A DNA stretch of 64,000 nucleotides from Nitrospira sp. (GTDB lineage: Bacteria > Nitrospirota > Nitrospiria > Nitrospirales > Nitrospiraceae). The notes below the pieces were generated by a model. That model did no database searches and had not been told where the DNA came from. It was given only the letters and a program-made list of their open reading frames with translations. Below are positions 40,255-49,122 of the stretch, piece after piece (positions within the stretch are counted from its first letter, which is position 1; each line of letters opens with the position of its first letter). The position numbers and the translations under genes are program-made. The stretch is from the NCBI GenBank assembly GCA_047150005.1, contig AP038806.1, forward strand, positions 3,744,001 through 3,808,000. The letters are read 5' to 3'.

Positions 40255-40279
40255 CACTATGTCACATCCGACATATAGT
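40251..40279 (+). promoter_or_regulatory. Sigma70-type promoter TTGACA-17-TATAGT overlapped by inverted repeats
   Basis: -35 at 40251-40256 (overlaps the res stop), -10 at 40274-40279; inverted repeats TGACA-CTA-TGTCA and TATGTC-N6-GACATA. Confidence 0.75.
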
Positions 40280-40296
40280 CATGGGCCAGAAGCGTA

Positions 40297-40659
40297 ATGG
40301 CCCGGGTTAAGGCCGACAAGCCGCTCGTCTGGCTGGAGGGCGAGGTCAAGACGCCGCCGTTTTCGGCGGAAGCTCGAATAGAAGCCGGGTATCTGCTTCG
40401 GCTGGTGCAGCGCGGCGACACCTTGGCGCTCCCGCACTCCCGGCCGATGCCCGTCATCGGACCCCGATGCCATGAGCTGCGGATCAACGACGCCACCGGC
40501 ACGTTCCGCATCATGTATCGGATCGATCCAGACGCCGTCGTGATTCTCGACGTGTTCCGCAAGAAGACGCCTCGCACCCCGACCACCGTCATCGAGGCGT
40601 GCAAGCGGCGCCTCCGCAACTACGACCGGCTCGCGAACGAAGAGGAGCGCAACTCATGA
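40297..40659 (+). CDS. RelE/ParE-superfamily (Gp49/HigB-like) toxin
   Basis: KTPPFS..EAGYLLR..PHSRPMP..CHELRI..RIMYR..VFRKKT. Confidence 0.88.
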   Translation: MARVKADKPLVWLEGEVKTPPFSAEARIEAGYLLRLVQRGDTLALPHSRPMPVIGPRCHELRINDATGTFRIMYRIDPDAVVILDVFRKKTPRTPTTVIEACKRRLRNYDRLANEEERNS

Positions 40660-40997
40660 AACCGAGTAAACGCAACAAGCTCGAAGCGGCTGGCTGGTCG
40701 ATCGGATCCGCGAAGGATTTTCTCGGCCTGTCGGACGCCGAGGCCGCGCTCATCGAATTGAAACTGACCCTGAGCCGAACGCTGCGCGATCGGCGACAGC
40801 GCCGCGGGGTATCCCAAGTCGAACTTGCCAAGCGACTCCGGTCCAGCCAGTCCCGTGTCGCGAAGATGGAGGCGGGAGATCCCTCCGTTTCGATGGACCT
40901 GCTGGTCAGTTCCCTGCTCGTGCTCGGGGCCAGCGAGGCCGACCTAGCCAAGGCCATTCGGGGCGAAGGCAAGAAAGGCCGCCATGCCGCCGCGTAA
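40656..40997 (+). CDS. XRE-family HTH antitoxin (HigA-like)
   Basis: LEAAGW..DFLGLS..SQVELAKRLRSSQSRVAKME; ATGA overlap. Confidence 0.88.
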   Translation: MKPSKRNKLEAAGWSIGSAKDFLGLSDAEAALIELKLTLSRTLRDRRQRRGVSQVELAKRLRSSQSRVAKMEAGDPSVSMDLLVSSLLVLGASEADLAKAIRGEGKKGRHAAA

Positions 40998-43641
40998 GCA
41001 GGCGAAGGTGAAGACCTCGACGCCGGTCCAATCCATCAAACACAAGGACAAGCGAGCGAATATTCCCACCGAGGAACTGCGCGACTTCGTCGCCGACGAA
41101 GAGGCCACACCCAAGAGCATGCTCTATCCGCGCGACCCGTCGCTCGATCCGCAGTTGGTGTGGAAAGGCAAAGACGAGCAGGATCGGCAGGACCTCGCCG
41201 TGCCGGTAGTGCCGATCTATATCCAAGAGAAGATTCAGCCGCAAGCCATCATCGAAGACCTGAGGGCACAGAGCAGGACGAGCGACGACCGGATCGCCGA
41301 GGAGATGGCCGCCTACCAGACCAAGCTCTTCGGCGACTTCAACGGCCTGCCGGACAACTTCGACGACCGGGTGGACTTCTACCATCACCAAGGCCACTGG
41401 TCGAATCGCATGATCCTGGGCGATTCGCTGCTCGTGATGACGTCACTGGCTGAAAAAGAAGGGCTCAAGGGCAAAGTTCAGTGCATCTACTTCGATCCGC
41501 CGTACGGCATCAAGTTCGGGTCCAACTGGCAGGTCAGTACGCGCAAACGGGATGTAAAAGACGGCAAGGCCGAAGATGCCACTCGCCAGCCCGAACAGAT
41601 CCGCGCTTTCCGCGATACCTGGAAGCTGGGCATTCATTCTTATCTGGCGTATCTACGCGATCGGCTCGCGGTGGCTCGGGAACTGCTGACCGAAACAGGC
41701 AGCATTTTTGTGCAGATTGGGGATGAGAATGTGCATCTCGTCCGTAACGTCCTCGACGAGGTATTTGGGAGCGAAAATTTTTGCTCGATCATAAGTGTGA
41801 CCAAGACTAGCAGTGCAACAACCGAACTACTTGCTGGCGTGGCTGATTACCTGCTCTGGTTTGCTAAAAGCAAGTGCGCCGTTAAGTACAGAAGCCTCTT
41901 CAATCTAAAGCCGGCAGCTGTAGATGGCAGTGCATATGGACGGGTTCTCTTGAGCGACGGACGAAAGCGATCAATGACCGGTGAGGAACGCGTTGATCCT
42001 TCTCTTCTGCCCCCAGGAAGTAGAATTTACCGGATTGACAATCTCACCAGCCAGCGTCCACCTGGTGATTTCCCCGTCGAATTAGATGGCAAGGTTTATA
42101 GGCCTAATCGCGGATATTGGAAAACCGGCGAGGCCGGGATGCTGAACCTCAAGAAAGCCATGCGGCTTGAAGCGACAGATGGCGGGCTCTACTACGTTCG
42201 GTTCCTTGAGGACTTTCCCGTTTTGGGGATGTCCAATATCTGGTCGGATACCGGTGTCGCAGGTTTTGCATCAGACAAGAAATACGTCGTTGAGACGTCA
42301 ACAAAAGTGGTTGAACGGTGCCTCCTCATGACCACCGACCCAGGCGATCTTGTCCTCGATCCCACTTGTGGGAGCGGCACAACAGCTTATGTGGCAGAAC
42401 AGTGGGGCAGACGCTGGATTACTTGTGATACGTCACGTGTCGCATTGGCCCTTGCCCGCACGAGGTTGATGGCGGCGAAGTACCCCTACTATATCCTCGC
42501 CGATTCACCAGAAGGACTGAAGAAGGAAGCTGAGGTCACCGGCACCCTCACCCCAGCCCTCTCCCAAAGGGAGAGGGGAAGTTTTGAGGGCGATATCAAG
42601 AAGGGCTTTGTGTGCAAGCGCGTACCGCACGTGACGCTCAAGTCCATTGCCAACAACCCGGACATCAAGGAAGGCATGAGCCGTGAGGCCATCGACGCGG
42701 CGATTGCCAAACATGCCGAGACCGAAACACTCCACGATCAACCCTATGAGGACAAGAGCCGCATCCGCGTGAGTGGTCCCTTTACGGTCGAAAGCTTGTC
42801 GCCTCATCGGGTCTTGGCCACCGCAGACGACAACTTGGATGGGACTGTTTCCGAAAAAGAGGCTCACCGTCAGCAGGACTTCGGTACCATGATCCTGGAG
42901 AATCTCAAGAAGGCCGGGGTGCAGAACACCCGGAAGCAAGAGCGATTGGTCTTCGAGACGCTGGAGCCTTTTGCCGGTACCTGGATCAATGCGCAGGGGA
43001 CCTACCGCGACAGCGACGGCAAGCGCAAGCGGGTGGCAGTCTCCCTCGGGCCTGAGCATGGCACGGTCGGCCCGCAGCAAGTGAAGGAAGCGGCGAAGGA
43101 AGCCGTGCAGGGGCTGGGCTTCGACCTGCTCATTGTCTGCGGCTTTGCATTCGACCCACATGTGACCGAAGAAGTGAAGCGCTATGGCAAGCTGACGGTC
43201 CTGCCGGCCCGCATGAACCCCGACCTCGCCATGGGGAACGAGCTACTCAAGAAGACCGGAGCCGGCAATCTCTTTACCGTCTTTGGCGAACCCGACATTG
43301 GGCCGCTCGATAAGAAAACCGGCAAGCTCAAGCCTCAAACGGATGGGCGGTACGAGGTCGAGATCAAAGGACTGGACATTTACGATCCGACGACCGGCGA
43401 GATCCGCAATTCCTCCACCGACGATATCGCTTGCTGGTTCATCGACACGGATTACAACGGCGAGAGCTTCTTCGTCCGCCATGCTTATTTCATTGGCGCC
43501 GACGAGCCGTATGAAAAGCTCAAGCGCGCGCTCCGCGCCGAGATCGACGAAGCCGCCTGGGCGAGCCTCAACAGCACCAAGAGTCGTCCCTTCCCCAAAC
43601 CCAAGACCGGCAAGATCGCCATCAAAGTCATCAACCACTAG
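40984..43641 (+). CDS. mod: Type III RM DNA methyltransferase (Mod); stops at an apparent premature amber, original end likely 43677
   Basis: DPPY catalytic motif, VLDPTCGSGTT SAM motif; KVINH-TAG-GDEVLKVFEVS* continues in frame. Confidence 0.9.
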   Translation: MPPRKQAKVKTSTPVQSIKHKDKRANIPTEELRDFVADEEATPKSMLYPRDPSLDPQLVWKGKDEQDRQDLAVPVVPIYIQEKIQPQAIIEDLRAQSRTSDDRIAEEMAAYQTKLFGDFNGLPDNFDDRVDFYHHQGHWSNRMILGDSLLVMTSLAEKEGLKGKVQCIYFDPPYGIKFGSNWQVSTRKRDVKDGKAEDATRQPEQIRAFRDTWKLGIHSYLAYLRDRLAVARELLTETGSIFVQIGDENVHLVRNVLDEVFGSENFCSIISVTKTSSATTELLAGVADYLLWFAKSKCAVKYRSLFNLKPAAVDGSAYGRVLLSDGRKRSMTGEERVDPSLLPPGSRIYRIDNLTSQRPPGDFPVELDGKVYRPNRGYWKTGEAGMLNLKKAMRLEATDGGLYYVRFLEDFPVLGMSNIWSDTGVAGFASDKKYVVETSTKVVERCLLMTTDPGDLVLDPTCGSGTTAYVAEQWGRRWITCDTSRVALALARTRLMAAKYPYYILADSPEGLKKEAEVTGTLTPALSQRERGSFEGDIKKGFVCKRVPHVTLKSIANNPDIKEGMSREAIDAAIAKHAETETLHDQPYEDKSRIRVSGPFTVESLSPHRVLATADDNLDGTVSEKEAHRQQDFGTMILENLKKAGVQNTRKQERLVFETLEPFAGTWINAQGTYRDSDGKRKRVAVSLGPEHGTVGPQQVKEAAKEAVQGLGFDLLIVCGFAFDPHVTEEVKRYGKLTVLPARMNPDLAMGNELLKKTGAGNLFTVFGEPDIGPLDKKTGKLKPQTDGRYEVEIKGLDIYDPTTGEIRNSSTDDIACWFIDTDYNGESFFVRHAYFIGADEPYEKLKRALRAEIDEAAWASLNSTKSRPFPKPKTGKIAIKVINH
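42545..42580 (+). repeat. Palindromic element in frame inside mod (TLTPALSQRERG)
   Basis: CCCTCACCCCAGCCCTCTCCC-AAA-GGGAGAGGG hairpin. Confidence 0.7.
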
Positions 43642-43797
43642 GGCGACGAAGTGCTGAAGGTGTTCGAAGTCTCGTGACCGAGGTGACGTGATGACCAGAG
43701 GGCTACGAGCGAGCAGAAAAACGGGGACATTCTACTTTTCTACGAGGGGATGAAAAAGGGGACAGGCTGAGCTACCCCCGATTTCATGGACACCAAG

Positions 43798-44658
43798 TTA
43801 AGGCACATGTGCGGCTTCAAACTGTACCGGGCTGACATAACCCAGGGCCTGATGGAGCCGCTGTCGATTGTAGAACACCTCGATGAATTCAAATACCGCG
43901 GTCTGCGCCGCCTCAGGGGTCCAGAAGTCCTGATCATGGACCAGTTCATTCTTGAGCGTACTGAAGAAACTCTCGACCACGGCATTGTCGTAACAGTTGC
44001 CCTTCCGACTCATGCTGGCTACGAGCCCGGTCTGTGTCAACTGCCGTTGATAGGCCAGGCTCGTGTACGTGGCGCCCTGGTCCGTGTGATGGATCACGCC
44101 CGGTTGTGGGCGTCGGTGGGTGAGCGCCATCTGCAACGCCGTCACGGCCACGTGCTGATCCGGCTTACGACTCATGGCCCAACCGATCACACGGCGCGAG
44201 TACAGGTCCAGGATCACGGCCAAGTACACCCAGCCCGCTCGGGTCGCAATGGCGGTCAGATCGCCGGCCCAGATGCGATTGGGAGCCGCAGCCCCAAACC
44301 GCTGTTGCAGCCGGTTGGGCGCCGGCGGCGCGAACTCATGGGGCTCGTGCCTCACGCGGAATCGCCGGATCCGCTTGGCAAGCAACCCCTGCTGGCGACG
44401 CAGGCGCGCCACCCGATGGCGCCCACAGGGGACGCCCGCGGCCACCAGTGCCCGCCACAGCTTGAGCGCCCCATAGCGCTCTTTCCTCTGCCGATGGAGT
44501 TGGGTCATCCGCTCCACCAAGTCGGCATTGGCCCGAGCCCGTGCACTGAGCGGACGGCGACGCCAGGCGTAGTATCCGCTCCGACTGACGGCCAAGACCT
44601 GACAGAGCCGCTCAATCCGATGCTGGTGCTGATGGGTCTGAATGAACTGGTACGTCAT
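43798..44658 (-). CDS. IS3 OrfB DDE integrase core
   Basis: WAGDLT, YLAVILDLYSRRVIGW, HHTDQG, GNCYDNAVVESFF. Confidence 0.93.
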   Translation of the reverse strand: MTYQFIQTHQHQHRIERLCQVLAVSRSGYYAWRRRPLSARARANADLVERMTQLHRQRKERYGALKLWRALVAAGVPCGRHRVARLRRQQGLLAKRIRRFRVRHEPHEFAPPAPNRLQQRFGAAAPNRIWAGDLTAIATRAGWVYLAVILDLYSRRVIGWAMSRKPDQHVAVTALQMALTHRRPQPGVIHHTDQGATYTSLAYQRQLTQTGLVASMSRKGNCYDNAVVESFFSTLKNELVHDQDFWTPEAAQTAVFEFIEVFYNRQRLHQALGYVSPVQFEAAHVP

Positions 44659-44948
44659 GGCGACTCCCGCGCAAAGTACACCGCGGCTTTTTTTAAAATG
44701 TCGCGCTCCTCACGGAGGCGTGCATTCTCTCGTCGCAAGCGTGTCAGCTCATCCGTGCTGTGGGCCCGACCGCCCTTACCAGGGAACGCCGCGGCGCCGT
44801 GCGTTTCGAGTTCCAGCTGCCACTTGTATAGGTGGTTCCGGCGCAACCCCAACTCGCGGGCCACGGCGGCGGCGGGTTTCCCCGACGATTTCCACAGCCG
44901 GACCGCTTCCAGTTTGAACTCTTTGGTGAACGGTTGTCGCTTCGCCAT
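44655..44948 (-). CDS. IS3 OrfA HTH
   Basis: FTKEFKLEAV..VARELG..EERDILKKAAVYF; GGAGG RBS. Confidence 0.93.
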   Translation of the reverse strand: MAKRQPFTKEFKLEAVRLWKSSGKPAAAVARELGLRRNHLYKWQLELETHGAAAFPGKGGRAHSTDELTRLRRENARLREERDILKKAAVYFARESP

Positions 44949-45233
44949 CGGACACCTCCTGGGGATGCATTGTCCCCTTTTTGAAGTGTCCACGAAAGTG
45001 GGGCTAGCTCAGCCTGTCCCCTTATTCTGTCCCTCGGGACCGTCAATCGTACCAAGCAACGGCATAGCCAAGCGCATCAAGAAGTAGAAAAACCGAGAAA
45101 TGCAGGGCACAGCTGAGCGCGCGAAATGGGTTCTCTCCAAGCTGGAACCCGCGAAATAGATCCCCGCAGATCCATTCATTTTCCTTTACCCACACGCATG
45201 GCGTATTCCCTACGTTACATGTAGAATGCCCGC

Positions 45234-45422
45234 ATGACACAGCCCGTGAGGTTATCCTGCCGGCAGACTTCTCAACGACGAGCCAGTGGCCTCAGTGAGC
45301 GACGTTCTGAGGACAAGCTTGCGGAGATCCGCAACATGTCCGCCGCTCAACGGCTCGCGCTCGCTTTCCAACTGTCCGATACCTGCTACGAGTTGCAGCG
45401 CGCGTGTTCGTCCAAGCGCTAA
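45234..45422 (+). CDS. Small hypothetical protein, possible antitoxin whose partner is truncated
   Basis: MSAAQRLALAFQLSD helix; TAGAAT just upstream of the ATG; an overlapping GTG-start ORF (45404) appears cut by a repeat. Confidence 0.4.
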   Translation: MTQPVRLSCRQTSQRRASGLSERRSEDKLAEIRNMSAAQRLALAFQLSDTCYELQRACSSKR

Positions 45423-45624
45423 TCGAAATTGTCCGTCGCCTCGGAAAGAAAAAGGGGACAGGCTACTTTTCCTCTCAATTACGGCCGACAAAGTTGCTAT
45501 AAAACCAGCCTGTCCCCTTATTCTGTCCCTTGGTGCAACGAGGGTTGCGCCGTACGGACAAAACAAAGGGGTCGGGAGTCGTTGTTTGGAAGCTCTGCCC
45601 GCCGTAGCTCTTGAGTCGGCCCGC

Positions 45625-45832
45625 GGAAAACACGAGGACATTCTGGTTTTCGGCGTCCCGCACCGTCGCGAGACCGCGAGGTTCATCTCGGAGCATTTCT
45701 GCTGATCCGCCGAAGCATAATCCACAGTGGTAAGACCTGTGGGAAGGGATGCGTTGAAGATGGGCCTGGATATCCTGCTCCCCGCTTAAAACATGCGGGG
45801 ACAAGCTTCGCGGGAATGACGGAATTCCCAAA
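45625..45832 (+). repeat. Dispersed element of about 170-200 bp ending in a REP-like palindrome (copy 1)
   Basis: Homologous to 53272-53437, 54330-54476, partial 46687-46745 and reverse partial 34053-34128. Confidence 0.85.
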
Positions 45833-45952
45833 CATAGAAGCAGAAGGGGACATGCGAGGTTGCCTCTGGTCTGAAACAGGCTGTTGGGTGAGCGTTGTAG
45901 GCAATTTCTTGGGAACCTGCTATAAAATGACTCGCGAGCGGAGAGACTTCCC

Positions 45953-46273
45953 ATGAGCGAAGCGGTTCATGCGATCATCAAAGAACTTCGAGCGCAGCTT
46001 GAGACGCTGTATGGCCCTCGTCTGGCGCGGATGGTGCTCTACGGCTCGCAAGCTCGCGGCGATGCCGAGCCGGACTCAGACATCGATGTGCTGGTGGTTT
46101 TGCAAGGTCAGGTGTCTCCTGGAGAGGAAATCGCCCGAACCAGTGACATCATCGCCTCGCTCTCTCTCAAGCACGGGGTGGTACTCTCGAGGGCGTTTGT
46201 GTCGTCAGACCGCTTCGAACGTGAACAGAGCCCCTTGCTGATGAATATCCGGCGCGAAGGCGTCGCGGTATGA
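45953..46273 (+). CDS. Minimal nucleotidyltransferase (MNT)
   Basis: LYGSQARGDAEPDSDIDVLVV. Confidence 0.9.
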   Translation: MSEAVHAIIKELRAQLETLYGPRLARMVLYGSQARGDAEPDSDIDVLVVLQGQVSPGEEIARTSDIIASLSLKHGVVLSRAFVSSDRFEREQSPLLMNIRREGVAV

Positions 46274-46667
46274 CACCGGATCAGGCGGCATTACTCCGCA
46301 AAGCCCACTCCAGCCTTCACGCTGCCAAACTCTTGGCGGGGGAGAAACTGTTTGACTTTGCGGTGTCTCGCGCCTACTACACCATGTTCTAGTGACAGAA
46401 GCCTTGTTGCTGGGACAGGGCCTCTCGTTTTCCAAGCATTCTGCTGTGCTGGCTGCGTTTGGAGAACGTCTTGCGAAGCCGGGTCTTGTGCCGTCGCAGT
46501 TTCACAAATACTTGCTCGACGGCGATGACAGCCGTCATGTGGGTGATTATGACCTCGGCCCTGGATTATCGGATTTGGAAGCTGCCGAGCAGATCCGTCG
46601 GGCGCAACAGTTCTTGGATTTGGCCGCGCGGCTCATTGACCCGCTGCCGGCATCAGGCTCACCATAG
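46270..46667 (+). pseudogene. HEPN-domain protein, frameshifted
   Basis: MTPDQAALL..AVSRAYYTMF then TAG at 46390; the C-terminal half (TEALLL..SKHSAV..RHVGDY) is in the next frame; consistent with a 1-bp deletion TACGTG>TAGTG. Confidence 0.8.
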
Positions 46668-46926
46668 GTATTCGTGGCGACCAGGGAGAAAAAACGGGGA
46701 GATTCTGGTTTTCGGCGTCACGCACCGTCGCGAAATGGCCAGGTTGATTTCGGTTTAGTGCTGCACAAGACAAAGGTGACAGGCTACTTCTCGTAGTAGC
46801 TCTCCACGGATGAAGCTGCGAGAAAACCAACGGTAGTGGGTCAGTTCCTCTTACGTCATGCCCGCGAAAGCGGGCATCCATCCCTCGATCAAAACTAAAA
46901 CTGAAGAGAAGGCTTTGTCTGGATTC

Positions 46927-47963
46927 CCTAGATTCACAAACGAAGTGCAACACCTGTGGGGTAAGGTGTTGCAATGGGACGACACTATGCGCAGCTCTCC
47001 TTGGAAGACCGGTGTACGATTGCCCGGGCTCGCGAAGCCGGGCAAACCATCCGCCAAATTGCAGCAGCTCTGGATCGCGCGCCATCGACCATTCTGCGGG
47101 AACTGAGGCGCAATCGCGGCGCCCAGGTGGGCTATGCGCCTGCCTATGCCCAGGAGCAGACCCGCAGCCGCCGCTGGCGCGGGAGTCGTCTGCTCCGGCA
47201 ACCGGCGCTGCAGGCCCACGTCCTGCGCTGGTTGGGGCAGGGCTGGTCGCCCGCTCAAGTCGCCGGCCGGCTCAAGCGCGACGGCTGCGCGCTGCGCATC
47301 AGCTCCGAGTCGATCTACCGCTTCATCGCCAGCCAGATCCGCCGGACGAAAGACTATCGCTGGCGGCATTATTTGCCGCGGGGCAAAAGCAAACGCGGGT
47401 GGCGGGGGCGCAAAGGCGGCAGTGCCGTGGACCACATCCGCAGCCGCGTCCCCATTAGCGAGCGACCGGCGGCGATCCAGCAGCGGCAGGACCCTGGCCA
47501 TTGGGAGGCCGATCTGATGCTGTTTGCGAAATATGGCCAGGCGGTCCTGGTGACGCAGGAACGCCGCTCGCGCGTGTTGGTGGCCAGCCGGCAACCCACG
47601 AAGGGGGCCCAGCCGGTGGCCGCCCGACTCACGGCGCTGTTTGCCGCCCTGCCTCCGGCCCTGCGCCGGACCATCACGTTCGATAACGGCACGGAGTTCG
47701 CGTATCACGATCAGCTGCACCCGCTCGGCATGCGCACCTACTTTTGTGACCCGCATGCCCCGTGGCAAAAAGGGGGTATCGAAAACGGTATCGGCCGGAT
47801 GCGCCGTGCCCTCCCCCGGAAAACTGACTTGGCCACGCTCTCCACCCGCCGCTTGCTGGCGCTGGTGCGGGCGTATAATCACACCCCGCGCAAGTGTCTC
47901 GACTATGAGACACCGGCCGAGGTGTTTACTCGTGATCTGTTGCACTTCAAATGTGACTCCACC
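46927..47963 (+). mobile_element. IS30-family insertion sequence type B, copy 1 (1037 bp)
   Basis: Imperfect terminal inverted repeats ending GAAGTGCAACA; TTC (or TTCCC) duplicated; inserted in CTGGATTCCCGC REP. Confidence 0.93.
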
Positions 47964-47984
47964 TTCCCGCTTTCGCGGGAATGA
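46974..47984 (+). CDS. IS30-family transposase (copy 1)
   Basis: WSPAQVAGRL, PGHWEADL, TFDNGTEF, PWQKGGIEN; stop lies outside the element. Confidence 0.93.
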   Translation: MGRHYAQLSLEDRCTIARAREAGQTIRQIAAALDRAPSTILRELRRNRGAQVGYAPAYAQEQTRSRRWRGSRLLRQPALQAHVLRWLGQGWSPAQVAGRLKRDGCALRISSESIYRFIASQIRRTKDYRWRHYLPRGKSKRGWRGRKGGSAVDHIRSRVPISERPAAIQQRQDPGHWEADLMLFAKYGQAVLVTQERRSRVLVASRQPTKGAQPVAARLTALFAALPPALRRTITFDNGTEFAYHDQLHPLGMRTYFCDPHAPWQKGGIENGIGRMRRALPRKTDLATLSTRRLLALVRAYNHTPRKCLDYETPAEVFTRDLLHFKCDSTFPLSRE

Positions 47985-47997
47985 CGGAACTCCCAAA

Positions 47998-48090
47998 CAG
48001 GCTACTTTTCGCAAAGAGGGTGACTACTCCGCGTTTCTTCATCCTCTCGGTTTAGCGAGGGCCAAACACCCTATCGAAGTGCTTGGTGAG
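47998..48090 (+). pseudogene. Possible N-terminal relic of a REP-associated tyrosine (Y1) transposase
   Basis: QATFRKEGDYSAFLHPLGLARAKHPIEVLG resembles, from memory, the segment preceding the CLMPNHxH motif of RAYTs. Confidence 0.4.
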
Positions 48091-48174
48091 GCGGCCAGAA
48101 GGTGGCGCGGTAATCTGCTGCGATTGCGTCTATTCCCGTTCTGACATCGCCTCAGAATTGTTCTATACTCCGGA

Positions 48175-48402
48175 ATGCCTGTTCACTCGAATCTATCCTT
48201 TTCCGAATCTCTCTCCGGTGATCATCGCCGAACCTTCTACGAAAACCATCGGTCGCTTGCGCTGTTCATGATTCTGGTGGTGTTCCTGTCGCCGTTCGCC
48301 GGGCTCTACGTCGCGAACCTGTTCGGCGCCGTGCTTGGAGTACTCCTCTCCGTGGCCGCCTTTTATTTCACTCCCTACATCTGGCTCAAGATCGCCGGCT
48401 GA
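48175..48402 (+). CDS. Small two-TM membrane protein
   Basis: Two hydrophobic helices. Confidence 0.6.
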   Translation: MPVHSNLSFSESLSGDHRRTFYENHRSLALFMILVVFLSPFAGLYVANLFGAVLGVLLSVAAFYFTPYIWLKIAG

Positions 48403-48452
48403 CAAGAGTGTAATGCAATGCTAGGTTACGCTTTCTAGAAGGAGACCTTCAC

Positions 48453-48932
48453 ATGCCTAAAATTTACATCTGCCTCTGGTCCAACGACAAAGCCGAGGAC
48501 ATGGCCAAATTCTACAAATCCGTCTTCAAAGGCACCAAGATCGGTACAACGTGGTATTGGGGCCCGAATCCGATGCGAGTCAAGCAAGGCTCCGTGCTAA
48601 CCATGGACATCACCGTGCTGGGACAACGGATCATGCTGTTGAACGGGTTTTCCAAGATGCCGTTCAACGAGTCCGTCTCCTTAGTCGTGCCATGCAAAAC
48701 CCAGCGCGAGATCGACACCTATTGGAAAGCCCTGCTCCGAGGCGGCGGAAAGCCCGTGCAATGCGGCTGGCTGATCGACAAGTTCGGCGTCCGTTGGCAG
48801 GTCTTCCCGGTCGAAATCGAAAAGTGGCAGGCCAGCAAGAACAAGAAAAAGAAACAGGCCATGAACGAAGCCATGTGGAAGATGGTCAAACTCGACGCCA
48901 AAAAGCTTAAAGAGGCCTTTGACCGCACCTGA
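48453..48932 (+). CDS. VOC/PhnB-like (3-demethylubiquinone-9 3-methyltransferase-like) protein
   Basis: CLW..AEDMAKFY.SVF, FNESVSL..C.TQ.EID.YW, CGWLIDKFGV.WQ. Confidence 0.88.
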   Translation: MPKIYICLWSNDKAEDMAKFYKSVFKGTKIGTTWYWGPNPMRVKQGSVLTMDITVLGQRIMLLNGFSKMPFNESVSLVVPCKTQREIDTYWKALLRGGGKPVQCGWLIDKFGVRWQVFPVEIEKWQASKNKKKKQAMNEAMWKMVKLDAKKLKEAFDRT

Positions 48933-49122
48933 ACCGCAAACAAACCAATCTCTCCTCTTTTCTGGATTCGGCCGTTTTGGTAGAGTCGCCCGCCAGCACC
49001 GTATCGAGCTTGGGCAGTGCGTGATCATTGCGCGCCGCCAATCTCAACAACCCCTTGTGAATGTCTCTTCGCGCGGTGGTGCCCACTGACGAAGCGACGT
49101 TCGGAAAGTCGTACCATATCAG

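Larger units (their letters stand above)
43768..45011 (-). mobile_element. IS3-family insertion sequence
   Basis: Terminal inverted repeats TGAGCTAnCCC..TTTCnTGGACAC with TG...CA ends; orfA/orfB pair; A7G slippery site at 44687-44694 on the minus strand. Confidence 0.93.

Noticed and set aside
43639..46392. Pyrrolysine recoding of the two TAG interruptions (mod, HEPN)
   Set aside because: The HEPN case needs a frame change rather than readthrough, and no pyl genes are present in the window
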